From a bacterium (lineage in GTDB: Bacteria; Patescibacteriota; Dojkabacteria; JAKAPS01), in NCBI GenBank assembly GCA_021806925.1, contig JAKAPS010000001.1:71040-135039 (forward strand): 64,000 nucleotides of DNA, read 5' to 3'. The notes below the pieces were generated by a model, which saw nothing but the letters and a program-made list of their open reading frames with translations, ran no database searches and was not told where the DNA came from. The translations under genes and the position numbers were made by a program. Shown piece after piece: positions 20,809 through 31,218 of this stretch (within the stretch, counting starts at the first letter, position 1; each line of letters opens with the position of its first letter).

Positions 20809-21750
20809 CTATTCCTGAACAACACTGCCATTACTTGATAATGCAAATTTATTATAGCTTGCACTACCTTTCATCGTAAGGGACTCTATCTGTCCGTTAA
20901 TTGATACTGCAAGGTTATTTGGATTTGCCGATTCAATGATAAGAAAATCATTTGATGAAAAATCATTTATACTTCCACTGCTAAGTACTCCGTTCTGAAG
21001 TATTTTTCCATCTCCTATTACTTCAACCCATGTTGCAGATGATTTATCAACAATACGCAAATTTAAATTTCCATTAGTACTTGTTGTGATATTATCTAGG
21101 GTTTCATGTAGAGTTACTTCAGTGCTTCTATTGAAATAGTTTACTGTCTTAATGTTTATTGTATTACTTACATTTGTTAAATCAAACGTGTAGTTAAAGT
21201 TTCCATTAGTATCTATATTATATATTTTTGTATTATTAATATATAAATTGTCACCAGGTGTAATTGTACCTGATATAATCAATTCTGGAGAATTAAATAC
21301 CTGGTTGTTTTGAGGAGATGAGATTGAAAGTTTAGGATTTTGTATGTATCCTTTTAATTCTGTAAAGAGAAATATAAAGAAACCAATAAAAACAAATAGA
21401 GCGAACAGCCACCAAAGAATTGAAGGGTTAAAAAATATTACAAAATTTTTTAGTCCTTCACTTCTTTTTACACTTTTCTTCTTCTTTTCACCTACTTGAG
21501 TAGCATTATGGAAATTATCATCAAAATCCCTTCTGTATATTGCAAGAATGTTTTCTGGATTTAATTTTAAGAATTTTGCATAATTCTTTATAAATCCTTT
21601 TATTATAAGCGGAGATGAGAAGGCTGAGTAATCATTATCTTCTATAGCTTCTATATACTTACTCCTTATTTTCAGGTTGTCTGAAATATAATTTATGTCA
21701 TATTTCAATCCAATTCTTTTAGCTTTTAATATTTCACCTGCTGTTCTCAT
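20809..21750 (-). CDS. rodZ: RodZ-like protein (HTH, TM, Ig-like, DUF4115)
   Basis: TAGEILKAKR, LKIRSKYIEAIE, KGFIKNYAKFLKL, ATWVEVIGDGK; directly downstream of ftsK. Confidence 0.8.
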   Translation of the reverse strand: MRTAGEILKAKRIGLKYDINYISDNLKIRSKYIEAIEDNDYSAFSSPLIIKGFIKNYAKFLKLNPENILAIYRRDFDDNFHNATQVGEKKKKSVKRSEGLKNFVIFFNPSILWWLFALFVFIGFFIFLFTELKGYIQNPKLSISSPQNNQVFNSPELIISGTITPGDNLYINNTKIYNIDTNGNFNYTFDLTNVSNTINIKTVNYFNRSTEVTLHETLDNITTSTNGNLNLRIVDKSSATWVEVIGDGKILQNGVLSSGSINDFSSNDFLIIESANPNNLAVSINGQIESLTMKGSASYNKFALSSNGSVVQE

Positions 21751-24019
21751 CACTATTATTATTCCCGTTATTCTTTAGTTCACTCAAAAAACTCTCCGGA
21801 TCAGATACAAGTACTTTTCTCATTTTATTTCTATCAACTTCACCAAGCACATTCTTTTCCTGCATTTCATTTATTAAGCGAGCTGCTCTGTTATACCCTA
21901 TCTTTAGGACAGTTTGCAACATTGACGCTGAAGCCTTTCCCTGCTGGCAAACTAATCTCACTGCTTCTGGAAAATATTCATCTTCCCATCCAGACATTCC
22001 TCCTCCATTATTAACTCCAGTCTTGCCCTCTCCTTCACCAGTCCCAAATTCAGTTATATCTGGAACATATTCAACATCATCATTACTTTCTTTAAGGAAG
22101 AGTGTTATTCTCTCAATCTCTTTATCATCAACAAATGGAGATTGAACTCTAATAACCCTAGCCATATCAGGTAATTTTAATAGCATATCTCCTTTCCCAA
22201 GTAATGTTTCTGCACCTGTTTGATCGAGAATTACTCTTGATTCAATTTGACTCGTAACTCCCATACCAATTCTTGCTGGAATGTTTGCCTTTATAAGTCC
22301 GGTAATTACATCTACAGAAGGTCTTTGAGTTGCAAGTAATAGATGTATTCCTACAGCTCTAGACATTTGAGCAAGCCTGACAATCAGACTTTCTACCTCT
22401 TTACCTTTAGTAAACATAAGATCTGCCATTTCATCTATTATCAAACCTATATATGGTAGTTTCAGATTTGTATCTATAGAATTATAGCTTTCAATATTTC
22501 TTGCACCTGATTGCTTTAGTGTTGTATACCTGTTTACCATTTCCTGAACCAACCACTTTATAGCACTAACTACTTGATCCATATCTGTTATTACAGGTGT
22601 TAATAGATGACCAATTCCGTTATATTGAGATAATTCAACTTGCTTTGGATCTACAAGTATTAGCCTTAATTCATTAGGAGTGTGTCTCATCAACATTGAT
22701 ACTAGAAATGCATTTATTGCTGAGCTTTTTCCTGAACCTGTTGCTCCTGCAATCAATAAGTGTGGCATTTTTCTTAGATCCTTCACAATTACTCCACCTG
22801 ATATATCTCTTCCAATTGCAAGATTTATACCAGCCTTTGCAATATCAGGCGTCTCTATTATTTCCCTTATTTTGACAAGTTTTGGATTTGTGTTAGGGAT
22901 CTCAATTCCAATTAATGAGGTCCCTGGAATAGGAACCTCTATACGTATTTCACCAGGTGCGGCTAATGCAAGAGCTATATCCTTACTTAAATTTGATATC
23001 TTTTGTGCCTTTGTCCCCATTGTTATTTGAAGAGCATATTGAGTTACAGTAGGACCAACCTTTACATCTGATACCTTTGACAATATACCAAAACTTTCAA
23101 GAGTTCTTTCAATTGTTTCGCTATTTTTTCTAACGTTCTCAGTATTCTGATTAAATATAACAGGTTCATCAAGCAATGTTATTGGCGGTAACTTCCAATC
23201 ATCAAATTCTGAATCACTTAAAAGTGACTGCTTTGGGGTTAGTTTTTCAAATGAAATATTTGTTTGCACATTATCCTTAACAGGTAATTTATTTGTTCCA
23301 GAAAGATCACCTACAAATTCTAGCTGAGGAGTTGTTGCTTCCTGTCCATTTTGGAAAATATCACCTATGCTAAAGTTCTTGGGATTATCTTCTGTACTAT
23401 CATTTTTATTTCCTTTTCCATTCTTTAAATTATCCTTATTAATCTTCTCATTAGGTTTTCTGTCAAATATATTCATTGTTAAATTTGAGATATATTTACA
23501 TGCTTTAGATATAATTAAAAATAAACTACTTAATACTTTCCAAATAAAGTTAATAAAAAGCTTAATATATTTAAAGACTTTTAGAATAGGGATTGAAAAA
23601 CCAATAATGCCAAAGAAAATTGTTATACAGAAAAGTAAAAATGAGTCTAAATATCTGTTCTGTATGTATTTTATTGATTCATTACCAATATATTCACCTA
23701 TTTTTCCGGAATTACCATATAAATTACCGTTCACATTATTTAAAGCTAAAAAGCTTAATAAAAATAGAGAAAGAAAAATTATAGAGCTTCCTTTATTAAA
23801 TCTGAATGAATTACCAAACAATCTTAGAGCAGTAATAAATAGAATCATCGATGCAAATAGTAACCCTATACCAAACAACTCTTTTATCTTAAAAAAATAT
23901 GTATTCTGAATAAAGACTGATGCAAGCAAGATTAAACTTAATATAATTGTTATTGAACCAAAAACAGTTGTAGTCTCCTCACTCTTAATTGTTAATTGTT
24001 TTTTCTTTTTCTTTGCCAT
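21734..24019 (-). CDS. ftsK: DNA translocase FtsK/SpoIIIE
   Basis: 4TM N-terminus, PHLLIAGATGSGKS, IDEMADLM, ATQRPSVDV, gamma domain LKIGYNRAARL. Confidence 0.96.
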   Translation of the reverse strand: MAKKKKKQLTIKSEETTTVFGSITIILSLILLASVFIQNTYFFKIKELFGIGLLFASMILFITALRLFGNSFRFNKGSSIIFLSLFLLSFLALNNVNGNLYGNSGKIGEYIGNESIKYIQNRYLDSFLLFCITIFFGIIGFSIPILKVFKYIKLFINFIWKVLSSLFLIISKACKYISNLTMNIFDRKPNEKINKDNLKNGKGNKNDSTEDNPKNFSIGDIFQNGQEATTPQLEFVGDLSGTNKLPVKDNVQTNISFEKLTPKQSLLSDSEFDDWKLPPITLLDEPVIFNQNTENVRKNSETIERTLESFGILSKVSDVKVGPTVTQYALQITMGTKAQKISNLSKDIALALAAPGEIRIEVPIPGTSLIGIEIPNTNPKLVKIREIIETPDIAKAGINLAIGRDISGGVIVKDLRKMPHLLIAGATGSGKSSAINAFLVSMLMRHTPNELRLILVDPKQVELSQYNGIGHLLTPVITDMDQVVSAIKWLVQEMVNRYTTLKQSGARNIESYNSIDTNLKLPYIGLIIDEMADLMFTKGKEVESLIVRLAQMSRAVGIHLLLATQRPSVDVITGLIKANIPARIGMGVTSQIESRVILDQTGAETLLGKGDMLLKLPDMARVIRVQSPFVDDKEIERITLFLKESNDDVEYVPDITEFGTGEGEGKTGVNNGGGMSGWEDEYFPEAVRLVCQQGKASASMLQTVLKIGYNRAARLINEMQEKNVLGEVDRNKMRKVLVSDPESFLSELKNNGNNNSDENSR

Positions 24020-24081
24020 TTTCTTTTTACACACACTTTTTTTGTATGTTATTTATACATATAACTACAAAAATCTAGATA

Positions 24082-25275
24082 TCACTCAATAATAACATTT
24101 ATCTGACTTCTTCTAAATGGAAGGAATCTAAATATGCTAAACCATACTGGTGATACCTTTATATATACGTATTCAACGCCAGGAATTGATTTAATATAAC
24201 TTGATGCACTTGAAACAGAGTGCTTTACTACATTATTTTTTAAATTATTAACATCAATATTTCTTACCTTTTTTCCAGTTAGAAAAATATCATAAGCAAT
24301 AGAGTTATCTTTAGAATTATATGTTATGTTTTTTATATTATACCCAATAGAGGATATCGTAAATCCATTACCACTTGATTTTTGTAGAAATGAAGTTGCA
24401 TATGCTGTTAAATCACTCGACTTTATATATTTTTCTGTACTTGTTGTTTGAAGTGATAAATTTAATACGCTTGAGCAATCTCCTGGATTATTATCAAAGG
24501 TTTTTTGTGAATCTGTATTAACAATACTACTTGGAAACGATATATCACTTGACTGCAATCCGGCTGATAAATCTGTTTGTGCCTTTTGATACAATTGGTT
24601 CTCAAGAGATTTCAAAAGGTTGTTCTGATCTGTTTGGGTTACACTCTGACATGTTTTTGCATTTCCGCCAGTAAATGAAGATTGATTAGTTATTGTATAT
24701 GATGGAGTTGTTCCATTTTGCCCTGTTGATGAAGCACTTAAAGGTGAAGAACCTACTGCATTAAATTGACTGTTTGCAGGTATGTTACCATTCGCCCCTA
24801 TAGATTCAGCCTGAAATGTTGCATTTGTAACAACCGCACTCGATACAGACGCTGGGATTGTAACGCTTGTCGTTATTGTAAAATTTAACTGGTTTGCACT
24901 ATCAGAAAATACTGATCCAGCTGGAATAGTTATTGAATTTGGGTAGTTTAATGTAGTTATTGATACTTGCCCAGTAGCAGGACTTCCTACAGTACTTGTA
25001 CCTGTTGTATTAAGTGATGAGGATGAATTCTCATTTACTGTATATGTATATACTGGAACAGGCATATTTGTATATTGACCATTTTGAAATGTGGCAACAG
25101 AATTATCTTCAAATGAAAGACTCTTAGAATCAGTTCTAACTTCAATTTGAGCTCTTGGGAAAATATATATTGATACAAAAAGCATTAAAATTAGCACAAT
25201 AATACCTATCCCATACCAAAACTTCAATACTAATTTATTATGTTTATTCCTTTTTAAAGGTGATATTGTATTCAT
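24082..25275 (-). CDS. Membrane-anchored baseplate J/gp47-like domain protein (probable C-terminal part of a frameshifted gene)
   Basis: TM then PRAQIEV, TTGTSTVGSPATGQV, AESIGANGNIPA, FTGG, VTQTD, FLPFRRSQINV. Confidence 0.7.
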   Translation of the reverse strand: MNTISPLKRNKHNKLVLKFWYGIGIIVLILMLFVSIYIFPRAQIEVRTDSKSLSFEDNSVATFQNGQYTNMPVPVYTYTVNENSSSSLNTTGTSTVGSPATGQVSITTLNYPNSITIPAGSVFSDSANQLNFTITTSVTIPASVSSAVVTNATFQAESIGANGNIPANSQFNAVGSSPLSASSTGQNGTTPSYTITNQSSFTGGNAKTCQSVTQTDQNNLLKSLENQLYQKAQTDLSAGLQSSDISFPSSIVNTDSQKTFDNNPGDCSSVLNLSLQTTSTEKYIKSSDLTAYATSFLQKSSGNGFTISSIGYNIKNITYNSKDNSIAYDIFLTGKKVRNIDVNNLKNNVVKHSVSSASSYIKSIPGVEYVYIKVSPVWFSIFRFLPFRRSQINVIIE

Positions 25276-25331
25276 AAATGAACTATTAACTATATTACTT
25301 AGAAATATACTCCCAAGGATTTTACTAAAAC

Positions 25332-26162
25332 TTAGATTTTTTTTTTACTGTATACCTCTAGGTCTTCCCCAATTATACCACTTCCACTTCCTGAGAGACT
25401 AGAAATTGTATCTATTTTACGTTCTAGTTTTTTTTTATTATTAGTATCATTATTAGATTTGTATAACGTAAGTGCATCTAAACCAAGAAATAGCTCAAAG
25501 GATCCATAATTAACACTCTTGAGCCTGGTATCTGTATATTCAGAATTTTTCTCTATACTTTCATTTAGATCCTCTAATGAATTTTTTTCAACCTCGCTTT
25601 CAATATTTAATATTTCATTTTCTGAATCTACTTCATTTGGAATGTATTCTTCAGTGTGCTTTCTATCTTCTATTACATTCTCTACAGCTTTTTCAACTTC
25701 TACATGTTCTTCTTCACGTGATTCCCTTTCATCTATTCTATTTGCATCTTCATATATATTATGACTTTCTTTATTATCATTATTTTTATTTATATTATTG
25801 CTGTTTACTGTTCCTTCACGGATATTATCAACGTAAGAATACATTTCTTTTTCATCTACCTCTTCTGTATTATCTGATAAACTATCCCAAAGTGAATTAT
25901 CAATTTCTCCAACCTTATTTTTAACCAAGAAGCCAGCATTGGTTGCAAGAATCTTCCCGAACCTATCCATACATGCAATAATGACCAATTTTTCATGCCT
26001 TGCAAGAGATGTTTTTAACAACCTAATTGAAGAAAGGGAAGATATAACCTGTGCTTTTTCAGGAATTACTAGTATTACTCTTTCTGTTTTAGCATTTAAT
26101 ATCTTTTCAACAATAAATGGAATCTCATCATCTAAATCTAAAAATATTTTTGTATTAGGCAT
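25332..26162 (-). CDS. Conserved CPR/Chloroflexi N-terminal domain plus acidic linker (probable N-terminal part of the same gene)
   Basis: IFLDLDDEIPFIVEKI..VILVIPEKA..IRLLK; SD AGGAGG upstream; ends just after an A10 run. Confidence 0.7.
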   Translation of the reverse strand: MPNTKIFLDLDDEIPFIVEKILNAKTERVILVIPEKAQVISSLSSIRLLKTSLARHEKLVIIACMDRFGKILATNAGFLVKNKVGEIDNSLWDSLSDNTEEVDEKEMYSYVDNIREGTVNSNNINKNNDNKESHNIYEDANRIDERESREEEHVEVEKAVENVIEDRKHTEEYIPNEVDSENEILNIESEVEKNSLEDLNESIEKNSEYTDTRLKSVNYGSFELFLGLDALTLYKSNNDTNNKKKLERKIDTISSLSGSGSGIIGEDLEVYSKKKI

Positions 26163-27381
26163 CTTTACCTCCTTTTAATAGTTCAAATTTATCTATATCA
26201 AGTGACATTCTTGCAAGTGATAATGGTGTAATCATATCAATACCATTGCAAAGGTTCATATTATCAACAATACCATCAATATTTTCCTGGTTTAAGAAAA
26301 CAACTTTTGGACTTCTGTTGAATGGTAAATAATCTATAAACGGATATTGTATTAATATTTCTCTTATCTCTGGTAGTTGAGAACCGCCACCACACAAAAG
26401 AATATTGGCAGGAAATAACTCTACATCTTTAAACTCTTCAAGTGCTAATCTAATACCATGAGCCCATATAGAAATATCCTTTAAAATGCTTTTTTTAACT
26501 ATGTTAGAGTATCCTCTATCTAATACACCTTTTGAGTAATCAATTTTCATTTGCTCAGCTCTTTCATAATTCAAATTCATATCCATTGCAATTCTTTTTG
26601 TAAAAACTCTACCCCCAAAAGAGAACATATGAGTATCAATCAAACACCCACCTTTAACAACAGCTACATCTGTAGTACCTCCGCCGACATCAATAATTAT
26701 AGCTTCAAAGTCTTCATTCCTACCGCCAACGACTGATCTAGCTACTGTAAATGGTTGTGCTGCAATTAATAAAGGAGATAGGCCAACTTGTTTACATACG
26801 CTCTCAATTGCACCAACTTGAACAGACGGTGCATATGTAGAATATATATTGAGTTTCATCGATTTACCAGAGAAATCAGATGGATTATCAACACGAAATC
26901 CATCAATGAATGATTCAACTAAAGAACTGGATATTAATCTTATCTGAGGTTTCTCAAGAGCTGTATATTCCTGAAATGTTTTTATAGCTTCTTCTTCTGA
27001 TGGCTTTTTTATTTTTTCATAAACTTTTTTCAACTCATCAATAGAAATCTTCTCATCAGCTTTTTCTCTGTCATAATTTGCATTAACCAACACACCTTTC
27101 ACCATTTCACCAGCAAGACCAGTAACACAGTGAATAGGAATATCACCGTTATATTTGTTTGTAGCTATACTCAAAGATGACCTTACTGACTCAACTACGC
27201 TTCTGATATTTGTTATTTGTCCGCCCTTAACGCCATTTATTCTTTGTTTGACTTTTCCTACACCAATTACCTCAACTATACTATCAGTTTTTCTATACAA
27301 TATGGATTTTACAAACTCTGTACCAATATCCAGAGCAAAATATACATTCCTTTCCCTTTTTTTAGATTTAAAAAAAAACAT
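26155..27381 (-). CDS. FtsA-like actin-fold ATPase
   Basis: ALDIGTEFVK, IDVGGGTTDVA, FGGRVFT, AEQMK, LCGGGSQL. Confidence 0.85.
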   Translation of the reverse strand: MFFFKSKKRERNVYFALDIGTEFVKSILYRKTDSIVEVIGVGKVKQRINGVKGGQITNIRSVVESVRSSLSIATNKYNGDIPIHCVTGLAGEMVKGVLVNANYDREKADEKISIDELKKVYEKIKKPSEEEAIKTFQEYTALEKPQIRLISSSLVESFIDGFRVDNPSDFSGKSMKLNIYSTYAPSVQVGAIESVCKQVGLSPLLIAAQPFTVARSVVGGRNEDFEAIIIDVGGGTTDVAVVKGGCLIDTHMFSFGGRVFTKRIAMDMNLNYERAEQMKIDYSKGVLDRGYSNIVKKSILKDISIWAHGIRLALEEFKDVELFPANILLCGGGSQLPEIREILIQYPFIDYLPFNRSPKVVFLNQENIDGIVDNMNLCNGIDMITPLSLARMSLDIDKFELLKGGKDA

Positions 27382-27471
27382 AAAAAATAAACATTAGTTT
27401 AACAATAAGTATTATACATGTAAAATAAAAAAAATGGTAAACTCATCAAAAGATATAAATATTTCATACGT

Positions 27472-28527
27472 TTATACTGTATCTATAAATTCTTTTAAAT
27501 TATCATTGTTAATAATTATTGGTAAATTTGCTCCTTCAAGTATCTTTCTATCTATTTTTCTTCCTATCCCTAAAAACTCTCTTTCAAGATCTCTTATACC
27601 TGCCTCATAACCAAGAGGAGAAACAATATTTGGATAAACATCATCTTCAATTTTAAAATCATTTTCAGAAATACCAGCATAGTCAATCATTTTCTTAAGA
27701 AGATATTCTTTACATATAATTATCTTTTCTTCATCAGAATATCCTGTTAATTTTATTACATCTACCCTATCAACAAGTGCAGAAGGCAACCCACCTATGT
27801 TATTAGCAGTAAGAATAAAAAATATATTTGACAGGTCAATTGGATAATCTATAAATCTATCTGTGAAAGAATAATTTTGCTCGGGATCAAGTATTTCTAT
27901 TAATGCTGAAAAGACACTGGATTTTGATTCTAAATCATTTCCAGTTTTATCAACTTCATCTAATAGTATAACTGGATTAAGAGAATGTGACTTTATTAAT
28001 GATTTTACAATTTTTCCAGGTTCTGCATCGGAATTTGCCTTACTTCTTCCAATTAACTCAAGTGAATTTGCCATCCCACCCATTGGTATCCTTATAAATT
28101 TAAGAGACAAACTTTCTGCTATTGATTTTGATATAGAAGTTTTACCGATTCCAGGCAACCCCTGAAGCAATATAACTGAGGGTGTAGCTCTAAGAGACCT
28201 GTTTTTCTTAATTTGCAGAAGAGCAATATAGTCCAGGATCTTGTTTTTAATTTCTGACATGCCATAATGGTTTTTTGAAAGTATAGATTTAACACTTTCA
28301 AAATCTGTATTCTCTTCGCTATAGCTTGAAAAAGGAAGTGATACACAAGTATATATATATTTGTATGTAGTTTCGTATTCCTTACTAAAACCGCCATATT
28401 TTATTATTCTATCTAAACTCTTTACCCTATCCAATAAGCGCTGTCTTAAATCATCTGGAACTTTTGATTCATTTATTATTTTCCTTAAGTATTCAATTTC
28501 ATTTAAAGTATCATTATCATTATTCAT
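27472..28527 (-). CDS. lon: Truncated Lon-type AAA+ ATPase lacking N-domain and protease domain
   Basis: HYGMSEIKNKI, GLPGIGKT, ILLDEVDK, EILDPEQN.SFTD, GYSDEEK, GIRDLER; ends before the S16 domain. Confidence 0.85.
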   Translation of the reverse strand: MNNDNDTLNEIEYLRKIINESKVPDDLRQRLLDRVKSLDRIIKYGGFSKEYETTYKYIYTCVSLPFSSYSEENTDFESVKSILSKNHYGMSEIKNKILDYIALLQIKKNRSLRATPSVILLQGLPGIGKTSISKSIAESLSLKFIRIPMGGMANSLELIGRSKANSDAEPGKIVKSLIKSHSLNPVILLDEVDKTGNDLESKSSVFSALIEILDPEQNYSFTDRFIDYPIDLSNIFFILTANNIGGLPSALVDRVDVIKLTGYSDEEKIIICKEYLLKKMIDYAGISENDFKIEDDVYPNIVSPLGYEAGIRDLEREFLGIGRKIDRKILEGANLPIIINNDNLKEFIDTV

Positions 28528-28532
28528 AAATT

Positions 28533-30395
28533 TTAAAAATTTAGTTCAGTATCTTGATATATATTTTGGCTTTGAGTCTTTCCATTAAAATCTACTGTTG
28601 TGTTTATATTAGGAATTCCTCCCTGCTTATATATATATAGCTTGTAATTACTTGTGTTTACTGTACTTGGAAGATAGTAACTTATTGTTAATGTTAAATG
28701 AGTTGCAGGTGCAGAAACATAATATTTAACAGGTACTGTAATATGTGTATCAAATACAGTATAACCTAGCTCGTTATACACTCTTTCAGTTTGACCAGCA
28801 AAATATTTATCATCCCCTGAGAATGATACAAGTTTAGATCCTAGTGGAACATAAAGCCTTATCCATTTTTTAGAAGAAATATTAAGCCACCCATCATATA
28901 CTTGTGGATTTGTAAAAGTTATAGCTACTGTTTCAAGCCAACCCTTTGATGTATGCGTAATATTGTCGTTGATACTTCTTTGTATATAGAAATCGGATTT
29001 GTTTCCAAGTACATTTGTATCAATAAATCCTAAGAAATCTGTTCCATTCGTAATGGTAGGAAAAACTCCTCCTAGGTTATATTCTACAAGCAGATTTTCA
29101 ACACTTGGATTATCTGCATACATTGAAACATTTCTCTCCTGAACACCCTTTAATCCAAGTTGAATTAATGAAATTAATTGATTACCCCTAGCTGCAAATA
29201 CTTTTGATTTTATCTCTTCAATTAGATAATTTATAAATTTTTTTCTGTTTGTAGAATTATTTATATTATCAACTTTCTCAGAATAATATTCTATTAAATA
29301 TGCTGCGTTGTTTGCATTTACCGTCACGTTATATTGTGGAACATAGACAGGTCCAGTGGCATTCAATAGAGATGTTACAAATTGAGTATTTAAATATACT
29401 ACACCATTAATTGGTGGAACCTCCCCACTTGGAATCGATCTGTACATCTCCTCTGCAACCTTTGCACTAGTTGGTACATCCGGACTGTAATTTGAATCTC
29501 TTAAGTACCAGTTAGAAACTTCTACATATTGCTTCAATTGCACTGGTGCATTTAAGTATGGCTGCTCTAATTTGTCAAGGCTATATATATCATTTGTAGA
29601 TATTTTACCTAACGCACCATTTGTAAATGTAAGATAACCATATGAAGTTATAAAGCCGCCAGTCGGTCTTAATTCTTTATCATTTTCAAGAAGTAACAAA
29701 TAGTTTTGTGTATTTCCAGACGCTCCCATTGCAGTTTGTATAACAGGAACAATTGAATTTAATTTAGGAATAAGTGTCACAAAATTACCATATATATTTT
29801 TATATGTATTAAAATCCGTTTTTATATTTATCCCTTTATATGTAATATTTGGCAGATATGCCTGATTAACATCATTTAATTCATTCTCAGCATTTGACAA
29901 ACTAGTCTGATTGTTTGTTATAGCTGTAGTAATTAGCGGCAATCCAGCAACAATAGCTTGAACCTTTGCAGGACCTAGAACAGGATTTGGTCCATATCCA
30001 AGAGCACTTGATAGAGGTTCTGCAGATGCAGCAATTTTTCCTGTAGCATTATCTATATTTATTGCCGCTGATACAATATCAGTAGCATTAAAATAGTATC
30101 CGTTTACATACGGGATGAAACTTAGAACTTTAAAATATTTAATATCTTCACTGGTTGTATTCAGATCTACTCCAAGCATATTTACTCCCTGAATAATTCC
30201 TGTGAGGGATTTTGCAGACTGTGCAGTTTTAATTTTCTCGACATCAACTTTCAATAATTTTATATTTTTCTCTAATCTCATTGCTCCATAAGCAATATAC
30301 GCACTGAAAGAAAGAAGAATAAATAAAAGAACTATAAGTGTTATTAAAAGCTTCCTATATTTAAACAAAAACAATCTGAATCTAAATCTATTCAT
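28533..30395 (-). CDS. DUF4012 domain membrane-anchored protein
   Basis: YLLLLENDKELRPTGGFITSYG, LRDSNYSPD, NVLGNKSD, IRLYVPLGS, KQGG. Confidence 0.85.
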   Translation of the reverse strand: MNRFRFRLFLFKYRKLLITLIVLLFILLSFSAYIAYGAMRLEKNIKLLKVDVEKIKTAQSAKSLTGIIQGVNMLGVDLNTTSEDIKYFKVLSFIPYVNGYYFNATDIVSAAINIDNATGKIAASAEPLSSALGYGPNPVLGPAKVQAIVAGLPLITTAITNNQTSLSNAENELNDVNQAYLPNITYKGINIKTDFNTYKNIYGNFVTLIPKLNSIVPVIQTAMGASGNTQNYLLLLENDKELRPTGGFITSYGYLTFTNGALGKISTNDIYSLDKLEQPYLNAPVQLKQYVEVSNWYLRDSNYSPDVPTSAKVAEEMYRSIPSGEVPPINGVVYLNTQFVTSLLNATGPVYVPQYNVTVNANNAAYLIEYYSEKVDNINNSTNRKKFINYLIEEIKSKVFAARGNQLISLIQLGLKGVQERNVSMYADNPSVENLLVEYNLGGVFPTITNGTDFLGFIDTNVLGNKSDFYIQRSINDNITHTSKGWLETVAITFTNPQVYDGWLNISSKKWIRLYVPLGSKLVSFSGDDKYFAGQTERVYNELGYTVFDTHITVPVKYYVSAPATHLTLTISYYLPSTVNTSNYKLYIYKQGGIPNINTTVDFNGKTQSQNIYQDTELNF

Positions 30396-30525
30396 AACAA
30401 AACTGTGATACTCACATTATATTTGTATTTCATTAATTCTTCAAATTATAGCAAAACAAAAAACTGTAATTTGATAATATATTCACTTTACCATATCACG
30501 TAGCACCATCTATCAAGATCACTAG

Positions 30526-30942
30526 TTATATACTCCTTAAGTATTGCAAGAAATTAGCGGGTTTAGTAATAATAATATCAAATTCATTTTTAATTTTCTC
30601 TATTTTATAGTCTTTCATATTATACGTTACCAAGAAATCAGAATTTATTTCTTTCGCTGAACATACAATATGTGCATCATCTATATCAAATACGTAACTC
30701 ATAAAATTTAATTTTATATATTCTAATGAATACTTATTCTCATATACTACTACATTTTTAATAATTTTAGAGAAGTCGTTTTCTGACAAGCCTTTTCGCT
30801 TAATGACTATCCTCAATTCATTAACTGAATGGTTTGAAATATATAAGTCAAAATTAAATCTTTTATTTAACAAATAAAAGGCAGCTCCTGAGGATGAAAT
30901 CAGTGATGAAATAATAACATCTGAATCAATAAAAACTTTCAT
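30526..30942 (-). CDS. PIN-domain (VapC/PIN_3-like) toxin
   Basis: VFIDSDVIIS, DDAHIV, LVTYNMKDY. Confidence 0.85.
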   Translation of the reverse strand: MKVFIDSDVIISSLISSSGAAFYLLNKRFNFDLYISNHSVNELRIVIKRKGLSENDFSKIIKNVVVYENKYSLEYIKLNFMSYVFDIDDAHIVCSAKEINSDFLVTYNMKDYKIEKIKNEFDIIITKPANFLQYLRSI

Positions 30943-30944
30943 TT

Positions 30945-31199
30945 TTACATTTCTAATCTAACTTCTTTCAGCATCTTTTCCACAATAGCAATATTTCTTA
31001 AATCCTCTTTTTCCGCCATTAATAGATCATCATCTAATCCATTAAATAAAAACGATACAGAGCTTTTTGGAACTCTATATACTTTTCCATATTTCTTAGC
31101 TATTATTTCACCGCTCTTTATAAGTTCATATACAGTTTTCCTACTTAACTGAAGTGCTCTCGCTATTTGTTCTGGCGTATATGCCTTATCAATATCCAT
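30945..31199 (-). CDS. Excisionase-like HTH_17 protein, probable antitoxin
   Basis: YTPEQIARALQLSRKTVYELIKSGEIIAKKYGKVYRVP; 2 bp upstream of the PIN gene. Confidence 0.8.
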   Translation of the reverse strand: MDIDKAYTPEQIARALQLSRKTVYELIKSGEIIAKKYGKVYRVPKSSVSFLFNGLDDDLLMAEKEDLRNIAIVEKMLKEVRLEM

Positions 31200-31218
31200 A
31201 TTATACAATACTGCCTAG

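Noticed and set aside
24082-25275. Prophage or contractile injection system suggested by the baseplate-J-like domain
   Set aside because: No sheath, tube, capsid or terminase genes; the protein has a TM and lies among housekeeping genes
30945-31199. Excisionase of an integrated element
   Set aside because: No integrase or att sites; operonic with PIN, so antitoxin is more likely
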